56,908 nt of DNA, taken from a virus (Duplodnaviria > Caudoviricetes). The DNA is taken from positions 1 to 56,908 of the IMG/VR virus record IMGVR_UViG_3300027881_000016. The stretch is one strand, 5' to 3'. Shown here one piece after another: positions 37,163 to 44,567 of the stretch (its first letter is position 1; each line of letters starts with the position of its first letter). A program made the translations under genes and the position numbers. The notes under the pieces are model-generated. The model made no database searches. It saw only the letters and a list, made by a program, of their open reading frames with translations, and was not told where the DNA came from.

Positions 37163-37386
37163 GCGGCACCGAGAAGCTGATCAATGAGTCGCGTATGCGA
37201 CGCATTGATCTACTCACTGAGATCGCCGGCCTTTCAGACCGTGCGCTCTCAGCTCGTTTCACCGTAGTCAACGGTGCCTACCTTGAGGTAGCCAACGATT
37301 ACACTGACTACGGTGAGCCCGCCCCCCGCGAGCCGGAAGAGCTGCAACTCTTGCTGAACGCAATGGTTGCTCGGCTCGCGAGTTAA
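37159..37386 (+). CDS. hypothetical protein
   Basis: GTGA overlap with upstream stop. Confidence 0.65.
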   Translation: MSGTEKLINESRMRRIDLLTEIAGLSDRALSARFTVVNGAYLEVANDYTDYGEPAPREPEELQLLLNAMVARLAS

Positions 37387-37457
37387 CACGCCGCGTGTCC
37401 CTGCCGGTGGACAATAGCAGGGAAAGTACCCTTTCCACTCACCTTTGGAGGTGATTC

Positions 37458-37661
37458 ATGGCTCATCAAGAGCTGCACGCTTACGTAGAGGGCACAAACC
37501 TCTACACCGACATGCGCATGCGCATAGAACTCGCACAGACTAGTCTGCGCGAGGTCATTGCCGTGGCCGGCAATTTCGACGCGGATGACCGGTTGATTCA
37601 CATCAACGGTAACCCCGTCGGCATGCGCGAGCTACACAAGTGGCACTCCATACTTGGGTAG
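37458..37661 (+). CDS. hypothetical protein
   Basis: GGAGGT RBS. Confidence 0.75.
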   Translation: MAHQELHAYVEGTNLYTDMRMRIELAQTSLREVIAVAGNFDADDRLIHINGNPVGMRELHKWHSILG

Positions 37662-37671
37662 CACCCCCCAT

Positions 37672-37702
37672 AGGCTATCCCCGGCTCACGCCGGGGGTGC
37701 CT
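37672..37702 (+). repeat. early-region hairpin repeat 6
   Basis: AGGCTATCCCCGGC-TCAC-GCCGGGGGTGCCT. Confidence 0.9.
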
Positions 37703-37739
37703 TTACTTCAGTGCCTTTTAACCTGTCAAGGAGACAGAT

Positions 37740-37928
37740 ATGAGCAACACCCCTAAGTACGCTGTATACACCATCCGCGATCGCGGCGAAGACCAGAAGG
37801 CTTTCTGGCTGCGCATCGGCAGCGGCTTCGTGAACAAAGATGGCAGCATCAATGTTCTCTTGGACGCTTTGCCTACTGATGGCAAGCTCCACTTGCGTGT
37901 GCCGGCTCCGAAGGACGCTGAGTCCTAG
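37740..37928 (+). CDS. small beta protein (W-RIG--F-NKDGS-N--LDALP family; possibly ssDNA-binding)
   Basis: AAGGAG RBS; motif recalled from phage/plasmid hypothetical proteins. Confidence 0.7.
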   Translation: MSNTPKYAVYTIRDRGEDQKAFWLRIGSGFVNKDGSINVLLDALPTDGKLHLRVPAPKDAES

Positions 37929-37933
37929 CACAC

Positions 37934-37971
37934 ATATGGGTATCGGCCGCTTACGCGGTCGGTGCCCATAT
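37934..37971 (+). repeat. early-region hairpin repeat 7
   Basis: ATATGGGTATCGGCCGC-TTAC-GCGGTCGGTGCCCATAT. Confidence 0.95.
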
Positions 37972-38000
37972 CTCAGTGTCACTCACAACTGGAGCTCGCT

Positions 38001-38183
38001 ATGAGCAGTACCATTCGTTGTTACCAATGCGAACAGAAGGTCAACTACCTGTTCGCAGACAGCCGCTGCAAAGACTGCACGCGCCTCACCCCCGCTGAAG
38101 TGCGCGGTGATTTCGTCTACTGCAGTTATTGCAGTGACTTCGGCTGTCACAAGTGTGACTCCACTCAACCTAACCTCTCGTAA
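38001..38183 (+). CDS. small zinc-finger protein
   Basis: Four CxxC pairs; GGAG RBS. Confidence 0.7.
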   Translation: MSSTIRCYQCEQKVNYLFADSRCKDCTRLTPAEVRGDFVYCSYCSDFGCHKCDSTQPNLS

Positions 38184-38193
38184 GGAGAACGAC

Positions 38194-38361
38194 ATGGAAA
38201 TTATGTTCATCGTGTACAACATCAAACTGCACATCCGTACGGCTGCTTTTGCCTCTTACGATGATGCTGCTGCATACATACGCACCCGCTCTTATCCCAA
38301 GGGCTATCTCGTCGAAACTGTTGAGGAAGACGAAGACCTCTTCCACACCATTAACCGCTAA
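38194..38361 (+). CDS. hypothetical protein
   Basis: TAAGGAG RBS fused to upstream stop. Confidence 0.7.
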   Translation: MEIMFIVYNIKLHIRTAAFASYDDAAAYIRTRSYPKGYLVETVEEDEDLFHTINR

Positions 38362-38371
38362 GGAGAACGCT

Positions 38372-38689
38372 ATGATGAATCTCAACAACATCTCAATCAA
38401 GATCCACGGGGTCGGCCCAGGCCGACCAACCGTGTCCTTGATTCGCATCTTCCGTGACTTTCACGGATGCTCGCTCACGCAGGCCAAGGAAGTCGTCGAA
38501 GACGTGTTCCCCGTCACCGACGACGATCTCGCCTATCCCTCGATAATGCGCGTCAACCTGCTTGGTGATGACCAAGCACTCGGTCGACTCGCACACCTCG
38601 TTCATAGCTCTTCAATGTTCTCTTTCGAGCTCATTGATCGCTTGAACTTTCACGGCGCTGCCCTGAAAGCAAAAGGTTGGCTCAGCTGA
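38372..38689 (+). CDS. protein with ribosomal protein bL12 C-terminal-like domain
   Basis: VSLIRIFRDFHGCSLTQAKEVVE resembles the bL12 CTD motif VIK-VR--TGLGLKEAK-LVE. Confidence 0.55.
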   Translation: MMNLNNISIKIHGVGPGRPTVSLIRIFRDFHGCSLTQAKEVVEDVFPVTDDDLAYPSIMRVNLLGDDQALGRLAHLVHSSSMFSFELIDRLNFHGAALKAKGWLS

Positions 38690-38693
38690 ACCT

Positions 38694-38730
38694 TGCAGGC
38701 ATTCCACGGCTTACGCCGTGGGTGCCTGTA
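38694..38730 (+). repeat. early-region hairpin repeat 8
   Basis: TGCAGGCATTCCACGGC-TTAC-GCCGTGGGTGCCTGTA. Confidence 0.95.
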
Positions 38731-38761
38731 CTTCAGTGTCACTCATCACAAGGAGACAGTA

Positions 38762-39076
38762 GTGATTACAGTAGGCAACAAGCGGCATGGTGCAACCGGT
38801 GAATACATCGGTCGGCCTTCGCCACTCGGCAATCCATTCCCGGCAGGGCCGGTGCATGGTACCCGCGATGAAGTCATCGCTAAGTATCGCGCATGGCTGA
38901 CTGACATCTGGAATTCAGGTGGCCTGAATCCTCAGATGACAGAACTGTTCAGACTCGCGGACCTCGCCCTGGCGGGCGACGTCACGCTCGTATGCTGGTG
39001 TGCCCCTAAAGCATGCCACGGTGATGTAGTTAAGGAGTTCATTGAGCTCATCAACAAAGGGAGACCCGCAGCATGA
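38762..39076 (+). CDS. DUF4326 family protein
   Basis: YIGRPSPLGNPF...R-EVIAKY...LVCWCAPKACHGDV. Confidence 0.9.
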   Translation: MITVGNKRHGATGEYIGRPSPLGNPFPAGPVHGTRDEVIAKYRAWLTDIWNSGGLNPQMTELFRLADLALAGDVTLVCWCAPKACHGDVVKEFIELINKGRPAA

Positions 39077-39264
39077 AGATCGTTCGTACGAGCCCGTTCT
39101 CGGGCGAAACAAACGTCATGGAGATCGATGTGACACCTAGCCAGCTTACAGCTTGGCAGAATGGCACACTGATCCAAAACGCCATGCCGCACCTGTCGGC
39201 AGATGAACGTGAGTTCATCATGACCGGCATCACTCCAACCGAATGGAATGAAACATTCGGTTGA
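39073..39264 (+). CDS. phage hypothetical protein
   Basis: LIQNAMPHLSADEREFIMTGITP-EW motif; ATGA overlap. Confidence 0.75.
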   Translation: MKIVRTSPFSGETNVMEIDVTPSQLTAWQNGTLIQNAMPHLSADEREFIMTGITPTEWNETFG

Positions 39265-39270
39265 TCGCAA

Positions 39271-39306
39271 TGCAGGTATCCACGGCTCACGCCGTGGGTG
39301 CCTGTA
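39271..39306 (+). repeat. early-region hairpin repeat 9
   Basis: TGCAGGTATCCACGGC-TCAC-GCCGTGGGTGCCTGTA. Confidence 0.95.
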
Positions 39307-39335
39307 CTTCAGTGTCATTAACAAAGGAGATTGAC

Positions 39336-39887
39336 ATGACTGATTACTATGCTGGCATTGGTTCCCGTCAGACGCCCATGAACACGCTCATCATGATGCG
39401 CGAGGCAGCAACAAGCCTCGAGATCATGGGCTTCAAACTGCGCAGCGGTGGTGCTGCTGGCGCAGATTCAGCCTTCGAGCAGGGCGTCACGAACCCAGAT
39501 AATATGGACATTTATCTGCCGTGGTCTAGCTTCAACAAGAACCCTTCATCTCTGAGTGTAATTTCAGGTGAAGCGTTCGTTATGGCTTCGCAGTTCCACC
39601 CTGCATGGGAGCGTTGCAGTGTTGCCGCGCGAAAGTTCCACGCTCGGAACTGCTACCAAGTGCTTGGCTTCACGCTTGACGTGCCGGCCATGTTCGTTAT
39701 CTGCTGGACCCCCGGTGGCGCTATAACTGGCGGCACTGGCCAAGCGTTGCGTATCGCGCAACACCATAACATCCCCATCATCAACCTCGGTGATGGAGAC
39801 TGGAAGCTTGACGATATCATTCAAGCAGTCGAAGGCATTCACATGTCCGCAGACCAAGCTTCCATCACCAAGCACGTTCCGTTCTAA
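39336..39887 (+). CDS. SLOG-superfamily (DprA/Smf-like Rossmann) protein
   Basis: YAGIGSR-TP, LRSGGA-GAD-AFE, ARN--QVLG, VICWT...GGTGQA-RIA. Confidence 0.85.
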   Translation: MTDYYAGIGSRQTPMNTLIMMREAATSLEIMGFKLRSGGAAGADSAFEQGVTNPDNMDIYLPWSSFNKNPSSLSVISGEAFVMASQFHPAWERCSVAARKFHARNCYQVLGFTLDVPAMFVICWTPGGAITGGTGQALRIAQHHNIPIINLGDGDWKLDDIIQAVEGIHMSADQASITKHVPF

Positions 39888-39899
39888 GGAGAGCGCTTT

Positions 39900-40346
39900 A
39901 TGATCCATAAGACCGGCGATATGCTCGCCAACCTCGTTAGTGGTGACATCTATCTCGTCACCACTAACAGCTACATCCGTAAGGATGGGGCTCTCGTCAT
40001 GGGTCGCGGTGCTGCCAAACAGCTCGCGACCATGTTCCCCCGCATACCGTATCTCCTCGGCGATCGCATCGATCACCTCGGAGAGTACAACGTCGGTGTG
40101 CTGACGCAAACCAACGAGCCGTTCCTGTCGTTGGGAGCGTTCCAAGTGAAGTTCCATTTCGGCGATGCCGCCGACCTGGAACTCATCACTCGGAGTCGCG
40201 ATGAGCTCCATAAACTGGCCTGTGAAGATGGACGTGTATTCCACGTCAACTTCCCCGGCATTGGCAATGGTCGTCTGAAGTACGACGACGTGTTGCCAAT
40301 CATGGAAGACCTCCCAGACAACGTGTGTGTCTGGACATTTGCGTAA
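39900..40346 (+). CDS. macrodomain (ADP-ribose binding/hydrolase) protein
   Basis: GD...VTTN...VMGRG-AKQ...FP, PGIGNG-L motifs. Confidence 0.85.
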   Translation: MIHKTGDMLANLVSGDIYLVTTNSYIRKDGALVMGRGAAKQLATMFPRIPYLLGDRIDHLGEYNVGVLTQTNEPFLSLGAFQVKFHFGDAADLELITRSRDELHKLACEDGRVFHVNFPGIGNGRLKYDDVLPIMEDLPDNVCVWTFA

Positions 40347-40356
40347 GGAGAACGAC

Positions 40357-40635
40357 ATGATCGCTGTACCAATCAAGGAAGACTACACTATGGCCCGCGC
40401 CCCATACTGGGGCTGGCTCATAGCCATTATCGTAATGAACGCAATGCTGCCATATGAAGCAGGCATCCTCGCTATATTTCTGCTGGTCGGTCTTGTGTTT
40501 ATCACATACGTTCGAGTGAAGAACATAGGGTGGCATGGAGCTTGGACGCTCTGCTTATTTCTCCCGTTCTTCAGCTTCTTCATCGGCTTCTTCCCTAGTA
40601 AGAAGCCGCTGTCCCTCGTAGGGGAACGCTTATGA
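40357..40635 (+). CDS. DUF805-like membrane protein
   Basis: R-PYW..., RVKNIGWHG-W-L--F-P; hydrophobic. Confidence 0.65.
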   Translation: MIAVPIKEDYTMARAPYWGWLIAIIVMNAMLPYEAGILAIFLLVGLVFITYVRVKNIGWHGAWTLCLFLPFFSFFIGFFPSKKPLSLVGERL

Positions 40636-40808
40636 GCATGCAGCTCGTTCACACTTCCTACCACGTCATTCGTGACGTGGATGGGAAGGTAATGCTCACC
40701 ACTCACGATTTCCATCTTGCAAAGATGACGCAAATCGACCTTTGGATTCACAGCATGGCGTGTCATATCGACACGTCCACTTGGCACAGAGAGGTACCAT
40801 CATCATGA
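40632..40808 (+). CDS. small His-rich hypothetical protein (58 aa)
   Basis: Manually translated MSMQLVHTSYHVIRD...; ATGA overlaps at both ends. Confidence 0.55.
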   Translation: MSMQLVHTSYHVIRDVDGKVMLTTHDFHLAKMTQIDLWIHSMACHIDTSTWHREVPSS

Positions 40809-41119
40809 AAATCTTTATTACGCTCGCTACGCTCGCGCTCTTTACCGTTGTAGTGCCACCGGCTCACGCCGGTGACGCAACAATTCGGCTGCAAGAAATT
40901 ACAGCCGAAAGTTGCGCAGTTGCTGTTGTCCTGGACGGACAACATCAACACTACAACTGGTTCGCTGCGCGGTCCGGGTTTAACGAGAAGCTGTTTGATC
41001 TGCTGCTCGAATTCACAATCGAAGATCTCACTGACGCGAGACTTCGTCTTTCAACCTCCGATTCGAATCATCGTGAGGCTGAAGAGTGCATAACCCTGAA
41101 GACCGAACTTGCAGGGTAA
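40805..41119 (+). CDS. exported protein with Sec signal peptide
   Basis: MKIFITLATLALFTVVVPPAHA signal. Confidence 0.7.
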   Translation: MKIFITLATLALFTVVVPPAHAGDATIRLQEITAESCAVAVVLDGQHQHYNWFAARSGFNEKLFDLLLEFTIEDLTDARLRLSTSDSNHREAEECITLKTELAG

Positions 41120-41135
41120 TCCCTGCAAGAAAGAA

Positions 41136-41171
41136 GGTAGGTATCCACGGCTCACGCCGTGGGTGCCTATT
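41136..41171 (+). repeat. early-region hairpin repeat 10
   Basis: GGTAGGTATCCACGGC-TCAC-GCCGTGGGTGCCTATT; preceded by a separate hairpin CTTGCAGGG-TAAT-CCCTGCAAG. Confidence 0.95.
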
Positions 41172-41203
41172 GTTTTGTGAACCAATAACCAGAGGAGAAT
41201 TAT

Positions 41204-41650
41204 ATGGTTCTAAAAACGGTGTCTGTTGATTCAGGCACAGACAAGCAAGTCGCCTTCATGAAGAATGAAGCTGCGCGGAAATGGCCCTCAACTGCTGATC
41301 CGCTAGACATCATTCTTAAGATCGAAGAAGCGGCATGCAGGTACCTTGAACGAACGCAATACGTCCCACCGGACGAGCGTGAGTTCATTTCTTGTTACAT
41401 TAACATTCGCTTAAATGGAGAACATCATGTTCAACGAAAACACAGCAGTACCCGACGCGCCGGCCGGCGAGTCAGAAATGGATCGCGGCGCCCCGTCCAC
41501 GATCGTGGCACAAGCCGCCTCGGAGATCATCCCGGAGCCAAGTGTCTCCTCGATCGCTCCTCTTCCATGGTACCTCGACATGAAGTACCAGTGGACACCG
41601 AATGCGAACGGTGGGAACCGCTTAGTGCCGCAGGACAATTACGTCCGTGA
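41204..41650 (+). CDS. hypothetical protein (3' half overlaps next gene; extent uncertain)
   Basis: GAGGAG RBS. Confidence 0.5.
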   Translation: MVLKTVSVDSGTDKQVAFMKNEAARKWPSTADPLDIILKIEEAACRYLERTQYVPPDEREFISCYINIRLNGEHHVQRKHSSTRRAGRRVRNGSRRPVHDRGTSRLGDHPGAKCLLDRSSSMVPRHEVPVDTECERWEPLSAAGQLRP

Positions 41651-42200
41651 CGTACTTGTCGAAGGCGACCTGATCATCACCGCGGCAGCGAAGGATTTCG
41701 TTGCCAAGAACAGCGGTGACATGATCGCAGCGAAGCTGCACGTTAAGGCCAAGATCGATGAAATGCAACGGCTTAACGGCATCTTCACCAGCGGTATCGA
41801 AGGCAAGCATGTCCTTCGCGACCAACTCGAACGACTTGTGCTAGCGCGCAAGATCGTCGGCTCATCCGAGATGAGCATGCAACACCGTCTCACGAATGCG
41901 AGACTGCATGGTTGGGATCTCGAGAAGTCCAAGCAGTACGATGGCTACAAGTCAGCCAAGGAAGCCCGCGATCGCTGGGCGGCTGAAGCTTGCTTCTTCG
42001 AGTACGTGGTACGCGAACTGACCGACGGTGAGATCATTCACAATGACCTCGCCGCGCAGATCGCAACGCGCGTAGGCTATCTCATCAAAGATGAGGCCTA
42101 CGAAGAAGGTCGCAACGTCCTTAACCCGAAACCTCGGGTTCAGGAAGGCGTAGCTCAGCCCGAAATGAGCAAGGAAGAGATGCGCCTTGCTACGGCATAG
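41427..42200 (+). CDS. hypothetical protein (257 aa)
   Basis: GGAG RBS, strong codon bias, ends just before terminator. Confidence 0.8.
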   Translation: MFNENTAVPDAPAGESEMDRGAPSTIVAQAASEIIPEPSVSSIAPLPWYLDMKYQWTPNANGGNRLVPQDNYVRDVLVEGDLIITAAAKDFVAKNSGDMIAAKLHVKAKIDEMQRLNGIFTSGIEGKHVLRDQLERLVLARKIVGSSEMSMQHRLTNARLHGWDLEKSKQYDGYKSAKEARDRWAAEACFFEYVVRELTDGEIIHNDLAAQIATRVGYLIKDEAYEEGRNVLNPKPRVQEGVAQPEMSKEEMRLATA

Positions 42201-42233
42201 TCTCTGGTGGTACGTACATTGTACGTACATCTT

Positions 42234-42270
42234 GGGGAGTGGGCACTTCGGTGCCTGCTTCCCTTTTTTT
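42234..42270 (+). terminator. Rho-independent terminator closing the early region
   Basis: GGGGAGTGGGCAC-TTCG-GTGCCTGCTTCCC-TTTTTTT. Confidence 0.9.
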
Positions 42271-42340
42271 GCTCACACAACGGGTGCCTAGCACCCTTTC
42301 TTTTTCTCAACTAACCCGGAGGATTAACCGGCCCGCGCTT

Positions 42341-44197
42341 ATGGATAATTCTTTCATCGATTACGAAACCTTCTGGGGCGTGAAGTACAGCCTCCGTGCC
42401 CAGGGCATGTCCTATACTGATTACATCCTCGACGATCGTTTTCAGATTCATGGCGCCAGCGTCGCCGTGAATAAGGACACCCCTGTTTTTTTACGCGGAG
42501 ATGACCTAAAGGCCTGGGTCAGGGAAATCTCCCAGCGGGAGATGCAACTCGTCTGTCACAACAACCTGTTTGATGGCTTCATCACCAGTTGGGTGATGAA
42601 GGCTCGTTTTACTCGCTATTTCTGTACGCTCGCCATGGTCGACGCGCTCTATCAAGGAGCCATCGGCCGCGGTCTGGACGAATGCATGAAGATGTTGCTC
42701 GGCCGCGAAGGCAAGAGCGACATCCTAGCTCGAACAAAGAACAAACGCTCCGAGGACTTTACGCCCGAAGAGTGGCACGACATGGCTCTCTACGCGAATG
42801 AGGATCTGGCGTCAACGCAAGATCTTTTCTATCAGTATAGTGGGTGCTTACCGCAACTCGAACACGACATCATGGACACCGTTCTGCGGATGTTCATAGA
42901 GCCCAAACTGGAGTTTGACGAACCCACTCTATTGAAAGCCGTGAAAGAAGCCGATGACGACCGCAACCAACGGATCCTGGCCGCGGTCAATCGGGGAGCA
43001 ACTTTGGAAATACTCAAGGGCAACAAACTGTTTCCCGAGTTCTTACGTGAACGTGACATCTACGTGCCGATGAAGCCTAACCCCAAAGGCATCATGATCC
43101 CCGCGTTTGCGAAAACAGATGTTGGCTTCCAACAAATGCTCGAGAGCAAAGACGACGAGATCAGAGACCTAGCCCAAGGCCGGCTAGCTGTGAAAAGTAC
43201 GCAGGCCACGACACGCGCGTACCGATTTAAGAAACTGCACGATCTGATCGGCCTGTTCCCCGTCGCATACAACTACGCTCGAGCTCACACATGGAGACTG
43301 TCTGGCGCCAATAAAGTCAACGCCGCGAACCTCAAACGTAAGAGCCTTCTCAGGCTGTGCATTGTCGCGCCCGACGGCTCAAGACTCGGGGTATCAGACG
43401 CCTCACAAATCGAGTGCCGTGCGGATGGCTACATTGCAGGGCAAGAAACTCTCCTCCAATTGTTCAGAGACAAGAGAGATCCCTACAACGATATGGCCTC
43501 TGACATCTTCGAGAAACCCATCGATCGGAAGGGCAATGCAGATCACTTCTTCGAAGGGTTCCTCGGAAAGACTGCTGTGCTCGGTCTTGGATTCCAGATG
43601 GGAGGAGACAAATTTAAGTGGACTGTGGAGACCAAGGCTAAGGTCGACCTCGAGATAGACATCGACTACGACTTGGATGAAGCACATCGCGTTGTCTCAG
43701 TCTACCGAGGAAAGAACTGGAAGATCGTCAAATTCTGGGGCCACTGCAAGAACATGCTCTACGATATGATTCGCAACCGTGACTCCACTTGGTATTACCC
43801 TGATGGCACGCTCGAAATACGCGGCAAGGAAAACAAAATCTATTTCCCCAACGGCACCTTCCTTTACTATCCGATGCTAGCGTATGATGACGGCCAGTTC
43901 ACATATATAGTGAAACAAGGCAGCCGATACGTTAATAAGAAGATCTACGGTGGCCTGCTCTGCGAGAACATCGTACAGCACTTCGCCAGGAACATTACTT
44001 CTGCCCACATGGTTCAGATTTCGAAACGCTACCCGGTCGTCCTACACACCTACGACGAGAATGTGGCATTGATTCCTGAGACCGAGGCAGAAGAAGGCAC
44101 TCAATGGATGATAGACCTTATGAAGGTTCCGCCTGCATGGGCGGCTTCCATTCCTTTAGACGCAGAGGGCGGTCACGCCCGGGAGTATTCGAAATGA
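42341..44197 (+). CDS. family A DNA polymerase with 3'-5' exonuclease domain (divergent motifs)
   Basis: Exo DYET, HNNLFD, YANED; motif A DASQIECR; motif B GKTAVLGLGFQMG; ENIVQ; motif C TYDE. Confidence 0.9.
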   Translation: MDNSFIDYETFWGVKYSLRAQGMSYTDYILDDRFQIHGASVAVNKDTPVFLRGDDLKAWVREISQREMQLVCHNNLFDGFITSWVMKARFTRYFCTLAMVDALYQGAIGRGLDECMKMLLGREGKSDILARTKNKRSEDFTPEEWHDMALYANEDLASTQDLFYQYSGCLPQLEHDIMDTVLRMFIEPKLEFDEPTLLKAVKEADDDRNQRILAAVNRGATLEILKGNKLFPEFLRERDIYVPMKPNPKGIMIPAFAKTDVGFQQMLESKDDEIRDLAQGRLAVKSTQATTRAYRFKKLHDLIGLFPVAYNYARAHTWRLSGANKVNAANLKRKSLLRLCIVAPDGSRLGVSDASQIECRADGYIAGQETLLQLFRDKRDPYNDMASDIFEKPIDRKGNADHFFEGFLGKTAVLGLGFQMGGDKFKWTVETKAKVDLEIDIDYDLDEAHRVVSVYRGKNWKIVKFWGHCKNMLYDMIRNRDSTWYYPDGTLEIRGKENKIYFPNGTFLYYPMLAYDDGQFTYIVKQGSRYVNKKIYGGLLCENIVQHFARNITSAHMVQISKRYPVVLHTYDENVALIPETEAEEGTQWMIDLMKVPPAWAASIPLDAEGGHAREYSK

Positions 44198-44367
44198 AAG
44201 AGCTACTTGCAGGACTATCAGTACTTTGTATTTGGGTCGGTGGCCTCGCAGCATGGATAACCGCCATCATTCATACAGCCAAGAACGACATGATCGCCAT
44301 GCTGATCATCGACCTCATAATCCCGCCAGTGGGTGTAGTCCACGGCGTCATCATCTGGTTCTCCTGA
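44194..44367 (+). CDS. small membrane protein
   Basis: ATGA overlap; hydrophobic; PVGVVHG. Confidence 0.7.
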   Translation: MKELLAGLSVLCIWVGGLAAWITAIIHTAKNDMIAMLIIDLIIPPVGVVHGVIIWFS

Positions 44368-44567
44368 TGATTTGCTACAAGGATCAGGGCTGGTGCTCCA
44401 GCTCTGATTCATGCAAAAACGTGGAGTGCTTCCGGAATTACACCCCGGAAGAACATCAGCGCAATATAAATGGCGTGAATCTTCCTATTTCAGAGGGAGA
44501 CTTCAAAACAGAGGAATGTGGCTATGAGCTTCGACTTCAGCCGGGTGACGGCGAAAGATCAACCTAG
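44367..44567 (+). CDS. small Cys-rich protein
   Basis: MICYKD--WC...C-N--C-R; TGATG coupling. Confidence 0.65.
   Translation: MICYKDQGWCSSSDSCKNVECFRNYTPEEHQRNINGVNLPISEGDFKTEECGYELRLQPGDGERST

Noticed and set aside
37399-37422. Hairpin CCCTGC...GCAGGG between ORFs 37159 and 37458 as a member of the array
   Set aside because: Different loop and arms; lacks the GC-TYAC-GC core and the downstream box
35347-41171. Hairpin repeats as a CRISPR array
   Set aside because: Intervening segments are 330-1830 bp of genes with RBSs, not 30-40-nt spacers; repeats covary instead of being identical; no cas operon
35722-41171. Hairpin repeats as canonical integron attC sites
   Set aside because: No RYYYAAC/GTTRRRY ends, shorter than attC sites, no consistent extrahelical bases, and no tyrosine recombinase in the window; only the architecture is analogous
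35722-41171. Hairpin repeats as ordinary intrinsic terminators
   Set aside because: No consistent U-tract directly after the stems, and the loop and downstream box are conserved; real terminators here (25272, 42234) have TTCG loops and T-runs. Weak termination is not excluded
42210-42228. GTACGTACA-T-TGTACGTAC palindrome before the early terminator as an operator
   Set aside because: Single low-complexity occurrence with no second copy or linked regulator
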